The notes beneath the pieces were generated by a model, which worked only from the letters and a program-made list of their open reading frames with translations, was not told where the DNA came from and ran no database searches. The position numbers and the translations under genes were made by a program. Of a stretch of DNA of 64,000 nt, positions 29,253 to 44,593 are shown piece after piece. The DNA lies in the NCBI RefSeq assembly GCF_009914755.1, contig NC_060925.1. One strand, written 5' to 3'. The stretch comes from the human T2T-CHM13v2.0 reference genome, Homo sapiens. How positions within the stretch are numbered: position 1 is the first letter of the stretch; every line of letters starts with the position of its first letter.

Positions 29253-30707
29253 GACATAAGACATCACTTAAAACTCAGCAAATTATCTTTGATTTTTTTC
29301 TTTGTTATCTTTGATTTGATCCATTTTCGAACCAAGCATCTCTCACGTACGATGGCATTGCATCTTGCTTCTTTTACCTTTACAAACTGGTTTGCATTTT
29401 AGAAAGAGCCTTTTTGAGTTTGAAAATTAAATGTAACCCACTACAAAGTTTTGTATTGATGTATTATTATGAAAGAATTTATAAAATGCCCACTGTGTTT
29501 TTATTATATTTAATTTATTTAGTGTGGCTTAATGTAGGCATTATGTGGAGAAGGTTAAATTAGTCTTGTTATGAAAGGCTTTCCATCCTCATTTCCTGTC
29601 TTATACATTTTTTTCTTAACATTTCATTTAATGAAACAGTTGAAGTGTTTCTCGATGATTGAAAATCTATAAAATTACACCTTTGACTTTGAAATACCTT
29701 TAACTTTCAAGAATTTGGGATTATAGTAGTAATTAGTAAAAGGGATAATGTTTAAAGTTTTAGCTCCCTGTGTGTTGAAGATTATAATATAAAAAAAGCA
29801 GTTTTCTGTTAAATAAATTTCCTATTTAAACTATCTAAGAACATTCAAAATCCTGAATATGAAGACTTTTAACATTTCAGTGTGATGATTTCCTGTTGAA
29901 GGTTACTTAGTCCTTGAAAAATAAAGAGTTACATTTTGGCACTGAAGAGTCAATATTCAGACTTTTTCTGTGCTGCCACTTAACTTCCCAATAATTAATT
30001 GCATGTAATATTTTGGAGCAACTTAGCTGTTATACAGCCTACATAGTTCAATAGATAGGCTTCTCTTAACATGCAGAATAAATCTGATTGAGGAAAGCAA
30101 ACTAGCATATTCACATGTGTACTCACAGAAATACTCAAGAACACATTCATACATATTCACATATGGTTATATGCAGTAATATACACAGGAATACACATAA
30201 ACATGCACATATTAGCATACACATATATGCTCCTGGATTCATGCATACATATTTGAAAGTAAGGCTAGTTCTGGCCAAAAGGTTTCTTCTGTATTACTTT
30301 GTTTTGGTGTTAAGATTCAAAAACTCCTTTAAAGTAAGCCTTCCAATGTTATTTATAATTTGTGAGAATAAGCCTTGCATTCTTGTCTTTAGTATCACTT
30401 CTTTCATGTTTATGAATTTTATGTTTTTATACTGGATTCTTTCTGCAAAAGTCTTTTATGATAATACTTTTTTTCCTTGCAGTCTGAAAGATGAGAGATA
30501 ACAAATTAAGTGGTGTAACTTTACTAATTTTCTAAAAAGTAAACATTTTGAAAACTACTATGTTGAGAAAACAAGTGACGGGAATATTCTCTTTTTGAAA
30601 TATTTAAGGTATGGAACTTTCTGTTCTAATTTCTGAAGGTAGAGAGACAGTTCTGCTTCATATTGAAATTTCTAAATAATTTTTAAAATAATTAACTTAA
30701 AAGTCAC

Positions 30708-31215
<508 letters not shown>

Positions 31216-33338
31216 TTAAAACTCAGCAAATTATCTTTAATTTGTTTTTTGTTATTGTTTTCTTATAGACTATTAAAATTATGAATGGATTTTGGTACTT
31301 AATATAGGATTTTCTTTTTGTGGCAATAAACCTATGGCTGTATTTCATATTATATTTTGATGTTTGCAATTTGATAAACTACATGGGATAAGAGAGTCCT
31401 TCAAAGTGTATTCTACTTCCTTTTCTCTTCAGGCATCTGAATGATGTAAGAGGTTAACTATTCTGTTTTCTTCGTGGCTCAATATTTCTTTCTTTGACTA
31501 TTAATAATATGATGGCATTCAACATGGATCTTTGGGCAACTCTTACAGGAAGAGTCAAAAAAGTATTCAGAAGGGAAATAGCAATAGGCAGTATGTAATG
31601 GATTAGCTGTTTGGAATGGAGAGCTATTAATTTATACCAGACCACTTGTTCAAGGTTACTTTACCCACCCTCCTTTGTGATCCAGAGCCAAAGGATCCAA
31701 ATGGGTAATTACCTTTGGTCAAATTATATTTCGACTTACCTAATGATAGTATTCGGTGTAGTACTTTTCTCCCAAAGGACATATAAGCACTTTATTAACG
31801 TCTCTTTCATTCCTAACATATGTCTAAGAACGAGAAAGAGGCCAAGTATTTTCCTTCACCATAGTAAAAACCCCATTTTACAGACGGGGCTGGAGACTAA
31901 GGTCATTTTCTGGAAAACAGATTTTGGCAGTTTTCCCCAAGAATTTTAACTTTGAAATAACTCTCTCTTAATATGCTTTATTAGTAGGAATCTTTGAGAT
32001 AATTTTGTAATTAATAAAATATGTTTTCTTTGTCTCCATTCCATTAACAATGAATTTGAATACACACACACACAACATACATGTGATTATATATACATCA
32101 CTAGACATTCCTGGGCATTATATATACTATAACATAGTATGTGCACATGTATATACATGTGATTACATATATATATCACTAGAAATTTCTAGGCATAATA
32201 TATATATATAATTAATATTTCTGAAATTCCTACTGTGCATCTTGTATTCAGTAAAGTGATGAAGACAGGAAAACAGTATTGACAAAAGGTGATCCTTGCC
32301 CTTTGTACAGTGGCACTCCTGGAAATAATAGTAAGTAGTATCTTAACACACTTTTTGATATATAGATATGATATAGTATGATATAACATACTTTTTGATA
32401 TATGGGATCAGTCAGGGAGGAGGTACTTCAAAAGTATTTAGGTCTGTTCTACACTTGCCAGATTTAGTGATTTATTTTGTCACTTCTGTCACTCTGAAAG
32501 GCTTAAGATACTTTTTGAAACAATTCAAATTCTCTTCACTACCTAGTGGAAACTCCAAAATGTTTGTTGCAGGGTTTAGGTCATCCTTTTAGTACTATTT
32601 TTCTTTTGGGTATCAATATTTATTCTGTATTCTGGGATATCTTTGCCCCTACTCATTAGTCTTTTTTAGTGGAATGATTAAAGGTGAGGAAATAAACACT
32701 TGAATAAACAAACCGATCATTGCCACTCTTCTCAGGAATTATTGGTAACTGCAAAATAATCTTTTAACATTTTGGTTATATCTCTACAAAACAGGAGAGA
32801 GTCAAACTTTATTTAAGCCTTCATCACACTATTAAATAGAACGAGGAGGAGACATATTCTGCAATTAAATAATCCAATCTAGTCTCTTTCATCTGTCATT
32901 TTTTCCATTGATCAGTGAGTTCGTAGCTTTAATAGGGAAAATGTGTTATAGCTAAATTTAGTTTCCCTTAATGATTGGGACAATTTTGTATTTTGCATAC
33001 AGACCCTGGGAAGAGATTGAAGTGAAACTTGTCAAATATAATCAATGAATATTTTAAGTTTAAAAGGAAGAAAATTCCACCCAATAAAAAGATTCACAGA
33101 CATCACATTAATGACTGAAAGTGAAACTCAGTTATAAGAAAAGCTGCATGAATGTTTTGCTCTTTGAATATTTTTTCTGATTTGACAGTGAATACCTGAA
33201 CATAGGTAGTTTTTCACATGACATTAAGATGAATCCAAACTGCTGCATGTAGTAAAATGGACTCGATTTAATCCCACAATCAGTTTATGTACAACATTAA
33301 CTATGTTCCTAAAGAGTGACAACTAAATAAATATCAAC

Positions 33339-33340
<2 letters not shown>

Positions 33341-33372
<32 letters not shown>
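33341..33372 (+). repeat. (TG)16 microsatellite
   Basis: Perfect TG run. Confidence 0.95.
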
Positions 33373-33375
<3 letters not shown>

Positions 33376-34071
33376 CTCACATGTGCACAACACAGGAAGA
33401 CCATAAATTCTTCCCATAATGATTAAAATTTATTAAGTGCCTGGAAAATAAAAGTTGTATAAAAATGTTAATCTGAAATATTAAATATGCAAGCTTATTC
33501 ACAGTAAATCAGTAAATTTCATTTTTCAAAGTTCAGCTGGGTGATGGTTTTATAAAAAAAATTCAGACATTTCAACATTGCTTATGGAAAACATTTGGCA
33601 TTCTGTTAGCAAAGAACAGTGTCAAAAATCTAAACGTTTTTCCTTCAACATCTGCATTTGCTTATTAAAAAACAAACCCATCCCACACCCCCAATCTCTC
33701 AAACAAGTTAAGTTTGCATGAAATGTTTTTCATTTGTCCTGATATTCAATCTGAAATTTTTTGTGTATCTGAGAGTTTTAGTCTCTTTCATTTCTACATG
33801 TCCTTACATATAGGACTTAAGATAGGAGTGGTCTTACAGAATTTTGAGAAAAACGCTTGAAGAAAAAAAGTCATTGTATGCTCTCAATTTGAAAAACAAG
33901 GGCTATTAGAGGGACAGGGTAGATTCTCTTACACAGCCTCCACAAAGAAATGTGTGCCCTGCCCTCCACTGTGCTCCATTAACTGAACTTAATACATTGA
34001 TATAGGGCCATGATATGTACTGTTCTCCACATCACAGTCTACTTGAAACAGGTGATTCTCATAAAAGTGTG

Positions 34072-34304
34072 AGGACTAGCCTGGGCGATATAGTGAGACC
34101 TCAGCTCTAAAAAAAAAAATGAATTTTAAAGTTAGCCAGATGCAGTGTCATATGCCTGTAAGTCCCAGCTGCTTAGGAGGCGGAGGTGGGAAGGATTGCT
34201 TAGGCACAGGAAGTTGAGCTATGATCACACCACTGCACCACTGTGCTCCAGCCTGGGTGACAGAGCAAGACCCTGTCTCTTGAAAAATAAAAATAAAAAA
34301 AAAA
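34072..34304 (+). mobile_element. AluJ, 5'-truncated
   Basis: actagcctgggcgatatagtgagacc...ggaaggattgctt...gaccctgtctc plus A tail. Confidence 0.85.
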
Positions 34305-35719
34305 GGAGGTGTGTGGATTTGTTGGTATAAGCCATTTTTCTCATGGATCTGGTTTTTAAGCTAGGAGACTGGAAAGAAAGAAAAGGCAGTCTTATTTCTC
34401 TTTCCCTTGCTCTAAAAAAAAAAATACACATATGTATATACATAGGCATGTGCCTTCATTGGATTGTTTTAGCAAAAAGATTAAATGAAATGCTGAACAT
34501 ATTGAACTAACCTATGGACCTTCTTTCTTGACATTATTTTTGCACATTTTTCTTTTTAGTTCACTTCAGATATTTTGAGATTGTCTCAGTTAATGAGGTG
34601 AACTACTGTCTAGGGCATTTTCTTAAGAATTATGATGTTATAGAAAACTGGAGACAGACATTAGCAATGTTTATGAAGATAGTTTCCTTTCAACTTAAGG
34701 CAGATCCTCTCAATTAGAGTTTTAGAGTACTCAGCTTTAACTTACCCAGTCAGCTATTCTCTAAGTAGCATATAGTTTTTGAAGATGGCCAACATTAAAA
34801 GTTTTTATCTGCTTAATAGTATGTTGTTGATTTTTTTTTTAGGGCAAGATATAAGTGATTATAAAAGGGAAGCAGATTGCTTCTGTGGCCTGTCTAGGTT
34901 ATTTGACTGATTTCCTATTGATAAATATCTTTTTACTAAAACATTGATTTTAGTGTTATTTTGGCATGTTTGATTGAGAAATGTAACACATTCAAATCAA
35001 CGGAAAATACATACACAAGAGACTGCATCATCTTAAAAGCTACTTGACTTGAAAAAAATGAATATGATTTTGACTTATTGGACCTGTTTCTTTAACAAAA
35101 AAAGTGTCATATGCGACTCTAAGAAAAATTAAATGGATTTCTTATTTGAAATGCCTTTTAGCTTTTTCACATTCTCTGGTTATCGATTCATTATATAACA
35201 TAATATTTGGGATCTGAGAAGTGAAAATTGTAAGTATGATCTGCTTCACATGTACAAAGCCCACCTCTTATGAGGTTTTAAAGGTAAATATTTAGCACAG
35301 ATATTAGACTTTTGAAACAATTTATATGTTTGTACATCAAGTTAGAATAATTGAAAACTGAATAATTGAGAGAAAGTATTAAAAATGATTCTGGCAATTT
35401 AGTTATCCAGCAGGTTGCTTTCTGGTTCTTAAATTATCTCAATATTGACACTTTCTTGGAATATACATACATATGTTTGCAATCCCCCCCCACACACATT
35501 CCCCTCATTGATATGCATCATGCACAATAAGATGGAAATGAGACCTAATTTTTTTATGTAAGGGAGAATATATATAGCATAAAGTTTCCAAATTTATAAT
35601 ACTGTTTTACAAAGATAACTATTATAAGTTTTCTCTACACATGTACATGAGTACAGTTTTCACATGTTTTCTCATGAGAGGACTTCCTGATTGCATCTGA
35701 TTGAAGTGATAGTGACTAC

Positions 35720-35865
35720 CTAAATAGATACTTGTTCAACTTTTGTTCCTCAGCTGCACTGTAAATTCCATGTCTGCCTTACTCAGTTCTGCTTTTCAGA
35801 GCCTGACATGGGACTTGGCCCCATAATAGTTGCTCAATTAATATTGTACATCAATGAATGAATAA
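35720..35865 (+). mobile_element. L2 3' end
   Basis: ctgtaaattccatg...gctcaattaatatt...aatgaatgaat. Confidence 0.6.
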
Positions 35866-36249
35866 GTATACTTACATAACTTTGGTTTGTTTATTAAAAT
35901 AAGAAAATAGCTGCATGGAAACAGGGTAAATTAATGTAATCACTGAGGTTTTGTTTGACTACCTAGTTAAAATATGATAATAGAAACCAATTATATTGCC
36001 ATTCCTTAAATTTGTTTGGTCATCAAAAGCAAATGGAATAGGTTGCAAACTGTATTTGCTTGAAGAGAAACAGTACGATGTCAGTGTAATTTCTATATAA
36101 TTATACTTCTGGGAAAATTTTAAGCAAAATCATATTCTGATTACTCTTGTAAAATATACTGCTGTAGGAGGCTTTAGGTCAGCTTTGAATAAGCATAAAT
36201 TTAGTAACACTAGCCTACAAAAGGTATATATAATATATGGATCTGTCAG

Positions 36250-36268
36250 TACCAGCAGGTGGAGCTGT
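36250..36268 (+). promoter_or_regulatory. Candidate CTCF site
   Basis: taCCAGCAGGTGGAGCTgt is one mismatch from the CCASYAGRKGGCRSY core, in apparently unique sequence. Confidence 0.45.
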
Positions 36269-37349
36269 ATTCCAATGCTGAATAACATGGCCTCTTTATA
36301 GAGGGTTGACTTGAGGAAGAATCAAAATCCTAGTAGAAACTTTTATAAGGAATTTTACATATCGTGGTATTAAGCACACATCTTAAATTCTGCATGTAAT
36401 ATAACCATAGTTTATAGTTTAATAGAAATTTTCTGACTTGTTTTCACTTATTTTTACTTGTGTTTGCTGTCACAGAAATAGTTACAATTTTGCTGTATTA
36501 CATTTGACTTACCTTAAACGTATGCTAACAAAATACACACACCAGAAACTGGAACAGAAGTAACTGAAAAGTCAAGTTTAGACTCATCTTGGAGAAAGAG
36601 TGAAAAAATAACGAGTGAATGAATAGGATATGGAGTTCACTTAAAGGCAACAGATAAATTATAGTGGGTTTTTAATGGTATTAGTTCATGTAAGCACGTT
36701 TAGCTTACATATCCCTTCTACACTTAGTATTGCATATTTCCTCTGAGTGATAGGAATTCTAAAAAGTGAAACAAAGTTTTAGATATGGATAGTCAAATTT
36801 AACCTCTTATTTGAAGAGAGATACAGAACCTAACAACTTGAAAATAGAAGAGGCCTTCACAATCGAGTCTTCTTTCTTCCCTTAAAACAATAGTTGTACA
36901 GGCCACTCTTTTGAAGCAATTGCTGATGGACAATAGTCTCTGACTTAAATGTTTTATTCCCTTACCTTTCAAATAGATTACATTTTTTTCTGGAACATCT
37001 GTGTACTATAAAATTAAAAATTAGTGCTAGAAACAGAGTTGGTGGGATACTTCCCGATGTATACTGGTTTTCATGAGACATTAAAATTTAATAACAGACA
37101 AACAAAGTTGAAGTCTTCTGAGAAATTACTCATACTTCTACTTAGGTATAATTAAAGATGAATATCTGCTTTCATGCTTCTTTTCTTACTAAAACAATAA
37201 CTTAACCTAGTCAGTAGAAAATAAATTTCATGTTTGGTGATATTTAGTCAGTTGGCCACTGGGGAGTTACTTGGTAATGAAGGCATCTATTTTATATTTC
37301 CTATTTATTGTTTCTTAGGAGGTTATCTTTTAATTATTTTATTGCACTT

Positions 37350-37679
<330 letters not shown>

Positions 37680-39599
37680 TAAGTAGAATAATTTAGGGGT
37701 TATAGAGGGTAAGAAAAATCAGTGTTCTTTGGTAAAAAAGAGAAAGTGAACAATGTCCGGTTAGACAAGAAAGACATGTTTGAAGTCAATGGCAAATACA
37801 GCTTATACTTCAGTGATTTTACATGTATAATGGTGGATCACTCAAATATACTAATTACATAATTTTGAAGAACCATATCCTGAGAATGATGTAATCAACT
37901 TTTAAAACATATTGTTTGACACAGACTGTGAGGGGTGAAGCATGGACCACTTTAATGTTTGACTAGATTTAAGTGTGATGAGAAATTTGTCATCCTAAAG
38001 TTTAGTTTTTTATATAAAAAGTTCTATGTCAGTTGTTTACAAGTCAAATAAGTTACTCTTATTTTCTTTTCATTAATAGCATTGTAAGTGCTTATAATCA
38101 CTTAGGATTCTTATAAGTGGCTACCGTATTTTCTCATCCATGCTGCCTATAAATGTACTTAAACATAGGATGTACTCCAGGAAGATTTGTTGAATGAAAG
38201 GATGCATTTATATTGAATAGGAATTTTTAATTATCCACTTCTATTATGTACATTATTTGCTGTGGGGATAATTTTGATATTTAGTGTTAAAAGCATAAGA
38301 CCAAGAGTTCTAGGTCTTAATATCAACACTAGCAGTTTTGGCTGGCTATGCAACCTAGAAAAAAAAAGACCGATCTTAGTATGTTCAGCAACACATTAGT
38401 GACAATGATGTGAGTAAGTTTCCTCTAATTTTGAAAATACAAGTATACTAATTTATGAAAGTAAATATAACTGACAATAGTACCATTAGGCTGCTAGAAT
38501 TCCTTGCTAAAATATTTACTATATTGCTGAGCATCAATTTGATTTGTTTCTTATTATAATTTAAAATACTGTGTACTCCATACTTGATAATGCTGTTTCT
38601 CTTTAGCAATATTGTACCCCATGAGCAATACTGCTACCCACTTAGCAATATCATACCCATTCATTGTGTAATGAATAGGCCCATGGTCAGAATCCAGGCA
38701 AGAATTCATGGACTAAGTTTGATATAGGCAAAAATTGGGACCAGTAGAGCAAGGAATTATTTTGCCTTAGCCAGAAAAATTCCATTTTGTTTCCTGTTTA
38801 AGATAGAACATGTAGCATGATCATGGAATTTCTCACTCACTATCTGGTCAGAATGGAAGATTGAGGGACTCAAAGGAAGAACAAATTATAGGCAGTTACT
38901 GACACAGATCCATCAATCCATGTGCTAGGCTGACTTTGTAAAATGGCCAGTGATATCTCCTTTTACCACACTATTGTTTGAAAAGCAGTCACTGGGTGTT
39001 GAAGTACTCAGGGACTACTCTTTGTACTTTGGGGATGTTTGTAATATTTAAATGGAAAAGAGGCTTCCAGAATTCCATAACCATAGCTTGATCACAGCTT
39101 TCAAATCTCTTGTATGCTCATCCCATTGTGATTTCCCAATGTATATCAATATATTGGATATAGGAAAGGAGATTAGAACAATTTATTTATATCCACCATG
39201 CCCATGACAGAATAAATTTTAAATAATGATGTATAACGTTTTTATGCTAATGTCAGCTGTATCTGATTAGCAATAAAGGCAGCTTGGAACATAACATGGA
39301 AAAACCAGTGGTCTGTATTGGGTAACATCCTAGCAGAGAAAATGACTCAGAACTAATGCCCCAATGTGGGGGCTGAGGCATTTAAGTACATCTTGTTTTA
39401 GGATTTTATGGATTTGTAAGCTCCCTCAGGAGAAGTGCCTGGAATTGTATACTTCCTTGGGTCCATCTGAGGGGAAGCTGGGAGACAGAAAGAAGTGGAA
39501 AGTGGCAAGGGCTTCAACTATGATTACTGCATGGTTTGATGGCTGACCATAGCACATTCTTGATGCTGTGGCCTGGACTTCTTTTTGGTCTATTGCTTA

Positions 39600-39735
39600 G
39601 GCCTCTCTCCATATCCCAGTGGAAACTCCATGAGGGCAGGGGTTGCTGCTGTTGTTTTTTCTTTCCCTACCACTGTATCTTCAGTGTCTTGAACAGTGCC
39701 TGGCACATAGTGGAAGCTCAGTAAATATTTGCAAG
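39600..39735 (+). mobile_element. L2 3' end
   Basis: ctccatgagggcaggg...gaacagtgcctggcacatagtggaagctcagtaaatatttg. Confidence 0.75.
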
Positions 39736-39739
39736 TAAA

Positions 39740-40230
39740 TACTAATGAGTTTGCTTAGAGTTTATTCTGTACAAGGTGCTGTAGTAGGTGTGATGGTAGA
39801 AACAGAGATGAACGAGAAACTCTTCATTCTTCAGCTCACCCAGAGTCCAGCAGGGATGACATGTTGTGTGTGCAAGAGACAAGTAGCATATCCCCAGTGG
39901 CTATAGGTCCACATGATAAATAAAGTCATTCTAACTGGGAGGGAAGTGGAACTACAGAGCTCCTTGAGGTAAGGGACAGTCATTTTGGCCTTTAAGGATG
40001 TGTGGGCAGCAATAGACAGCAGTGGAAAGGGGTGCCTCCAGGTTGATGGGACAGTTGGAGCAAAGACAGGGGTGGAAACTTTGGGGCCTGAATGCATAGC
40101 AATAAGCAGAAAGATTGGGCCCAGGGCGGGGTGTGTGAGGGGACAAGTTGGAAAAAAGGCAGAAGAGAAAGGCTGAGGCCAGTTTACAGAGGGGCAGCAA
40201 TGACATGATAAAGCAGTGAAGAATTTATAT
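39740..40230 (-). mobile_element. L2 fragment
   Basis: Reverse L2-like motifs gtgctgtagtagg, ggacagttggagcaaagacaggg and ggccagtttacagaggg. Confidence 0.5.
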
Positions 40231-40959
40231 AGAATTAGAAGTTTGTGCGTGCTTAAGGATCACAAATAATGGTTAATTCTAAATTCTGAAAGTCACTGGC
40301 CACAGTTTATACTTTTTAGCTTATTACATAGTTTCAAGAATTGTTGATTTGATTGTTTTTAGCATTAAATTTACCAAAGCCTATGAAATATCTCCAATAT
40401 ATTTATTAAAAGTGGTGCAAGAATGGCCCTGACTTTCATTAGTATGTGTACAGTCAGATTTTGAAACAGAAAAGAAAGACTGAGAAAAGCCTAAAAATCA
40501 CCAGGCTGTGTAGAGCACAAAAAGCTGTTTCGGTTCATAGGATCTCAGAAGATAGAAGGCAATTTAGTCAGGCTTAAATACTTTTAGTCCTTTACAGCTA
40601 CTATGCTTTCTCTCAGATTGGTGCTTTTACCCATACTGTTTTCCTCTTTTATTCCTCCATTCCTCCACCAACTGTCCATCTCCTGCATTTGGCTAAGCCC
40701 AACTCCTTCTTCAAAACTTATATTATTTATTATTTCTTCTGGACTTCTCCAGAAGCCTTCCTTAGATTTCCCCACCTTTATGAGGCAGGACACACCTCTA
40801 TCTGCACCTAGATATATTTTCTTTATATTTTTTTCACTGCAACATAATTTTCTTTGCTTTCAAGAATGGATAAATCAATCATTCCAAGCCTCACTGTGGC
40901 ATCCTTGAAATTGATTACCTAAGTTGCCCCTAAAAACTTCACATGACAGTGTGGGCTTA

Positions 40960-41410
40960 TCACATAACACTTTTAATTATTAGAAAATTCTTCATTGTAT
41001 TGAGTTGAAATCTGTTTGTTTCCTTCACCTATCAATTTATTTTTTTTTCCTAAATGGCATGGATGTAAGTGTTTGGAGATTATTAGCTTCTTATCACTAT
41101 TTGTATGAATATTGGTTTCCAGATTAAGACACCTCAAAACTTGGTAGCCTTTCTATGGATAAACTCGATTTGGTCACTTTTCTCTTTTAAAATTTGTAAT
41201 TGTATATAATTTTTCAGATGTGAATTGAGTAGAACTGAATATAGTTAATTCTTACCTTCTTTGATATAATACAATATGGATTTTTATTAACCCTGAGATT
41301 TTGGGCTTTTTTTGGCAGTGATTTCACATTATTGACTGATGTAATGCTTGCAACTGGCTAAATATATTTTTCATAAGAATTAAAGTGATATGTGCCCAAT
41401 AACTACACTT
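40960..41410. mobile_element. L3/CR1-like ancient LINE fragment
   Basis: ttattagaaaattcttcattgtattgagttgaaatctg is typical of L3/CR1 remnants. Confidence 0.4.
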
Positions 41411-41657
41411 AGATGAATAAATGAATGACACCAGGCTACCACCATTCTGTACCTTCAAAAACTTAAGTATGGAATGTAAAACTTATCCTAAATAAATCCA
41501 GTTTTATACATTTGGAAACTTATAAATTTTTATAAACTTTCACTTGGGCTAAAATTTTTATCTCCTTGAACATAAATAGTTTAAGCAATTTTACCTTTTT
41601 TTTTTTTGGCTGAAATCAAACTATCTTATGTGGTTCCTTGATCTGTTACCTGGAAGC

Positions 41658-41935
<278 letters not shown>

Positions 41936-44593
41936 GGACCTGCTGCTAGCTTGATGTATTTGGTTTTCATTCACATGCAACTATGTCTTTATGTCTTTTT
42001 CTAAACATTGAGGACCATTGTAGGCATTTTCTTGATTTTAAAATTAAGTTTACCAACCAAAATATGCTTTCCAGTATTTGCTACTCTTTTCCCTCTTTTG
42101 AGAAACATACTTTTTCCTATTTATCACTTTTTATTACATTTCCTCATTGTCCATGAGTTCTCTGATATTACCTAAATCTGTGTCCTTCTCTATGTTTTTT
42201 TCAGGAACTAAAATATAAGTTAGTCAGAAATTGGAGAAAAATATCTCATTCAAATTGGCCAGTTATTCTTGCGGTCTTTTTTAATAATTTTGCACCTGCT
42301 TCTTTGATTACAGTAGTTTTCTTATAACTCCTTAAAGCCTTTCTTCTTCAATATTTTACTTAAAAAAGTCATCATTTGTTGTTTGGAAATAATTAGAGAA
42401 AGAAACAGTCTTATAAGAAATTGCCCCAAATATTTGAAAACATGAGGAGTCCAAAACAAATGAGGAATTTATATTGAACCACTGGGTGTTTCCATGGTGG
42501 AAAAGTCAATAAAACAATTCAATATTATGAACCCCAACCAGCATTCTGAAATGTAGTTTTATTTTCCATTTATTAATAATGTATCATGCCATATAGCATG
42601 TTTAACATGACCTGTTAAAGGCATGGCAAGTCACAGGAGAAGAAAAAGAAAGCCTAGAGAAGGTGCAGGAAATAGATAAAGTGAGTAGCAGGAAGGAAAA
42701 AAGCACAATGAAGTATGATAAGGGGGCAAAAGGTTTGGAGAACCACTGCCAATGACCCTGACAAATATGTGCATGCTATTTGCTTTTGATTGGGAACTGT
42801 CAGCAGGAGAAAGTGTCTAAATATGTTTTTCATAAGAATTAAAATGATATATGCCCAGTAAATACACATAACTACACAAAGTAATCTCTGAGGTTACTTT
42901 GTCTTTATCCTCCAAGAAACATGGATCCCAAATAGATTAGCCTTTTTCATTTCTTCTGGACCACTTCACTGAAGGATACCAACTCCATATTTGTTATACA
43001 AGGGCATTAAAGCTATCAGGTCATAGAGTATTTGAGATTGGATTTTGCTGTATCCATTTTATTACCTAAGGCGTTCCTCATTCATGTTTTTTTTAAAACT
43101 GGGTCTTCAAAATAAGAAGCTGAGACAGCCCCGAATAATGTTTTTAGTTGGTAGAATAGTTCATCAATCAATCTTGCTCAAACTATTTATAATAGAAGTA
43201 AGTGAAAGACATGGTTCCTAGTGATTTCAATCTCAGATTAATCTTCCTCTGAACATAAAATTGTTTTCTTGTACTCAAATAAGGTTATACATAGTAAATT
43301 TTTAAACAGTCTAAAATATATTTAAACTTGTGGTGCATATTAGTCTTTAAAGCTTTGAGATTTAGAGGATTGGTATGATTAAAATCAAGCTGAAGGCCAT
43401 TCGCTAAAAGCATCTGTCATCAGAGAGTACTTTATGGGAAACAATGTCAATAGAATATGTAATATTTTAGTGGTGTATAGCAATATTTTATGTCTGCAAA
43501 GCGCTTGCCATAAACTACAAGTGAAATGGACCATCTACCTCTACTGCCTTCAGATGGATGAAGATATTTGCTTATGTAGATATTAGAACACTCATTTTAA
43601 TATGTGGATTTTGAATAGAGACATTTTCTTGATGAGTTCTAATCATCTAATTTTAAACATTTAGAAATCAGACACCTTTATTGATGAAAACATTATGTAC
43701 CTGTAATATATATATATGTACATGTAATATATATATATCTATATATATGCTTATAAGTCACAGGATGTACTATTGCTGTAATATATTTTGTCAACTTTAA
43801 AGCAAAAGCTTAGAGATGGTTGAGATAAGTCAATAAGAGCACAAATGTCTTCATACAGATATTATTGTGTACCTTTTTGGTACATGTGCACCTCTCTGTA
43901 AAGACCACCAGTATAAAGGATTGCATTCTTTGGTATAACTTAAGGTACATACATTGAGAGGAATTCTGAAGAAGTTAGCTCTAAATTTTGATTTATCTTG
44001 TTTAAAGAGAATAATTATATGTCATTAGTTGTTGACATATGTTTGATGCAAGGGAAATGAATTGTCTTATTGGTAGAAAGGTTTAGGAAACTCATACTCG
44101 TATTCTGTCATATAATAATAGATGATGACTAAGCTTAAGGGTAGCATATTATAATCTCTACTGAGTTGCCAACAGTGATGGCCAATTTCTTATCACTAGC
44201 TTGTAACTCTTGGAATTAAATCATGTAACTCTTAAAATGTAATTCATATATCACATATATGAAAGTCTGATGACAATTATACTCATGTACTTGTATACTA
44301 TGTTTCAGCTCTGGTCTGGCTCTGCTTTTTTAGACTTGCTGAGAGGTATGGAGCCAGTCTTGTATCTTACTTTTTGAGCCAAGGAAGACTTTAGAGCAAG
44401 GCCTGCTCATGGTTCTCTTCTGCTTGGTCAACTTGAAAAAAGGCTCAGTAAAGCCAAGGAGAAAGCTGGCATGGGGAATTGCCTTGGCAAGCAGTGGTGA
44501 CTCTGCAGGCATGAGAGATAGTGTGCTTTGCCCTGGGAAATAAAGCTATTACCTGTTGATTGCTTTGCTTTAAAAAAAAAAAAAAAAGCTTTA

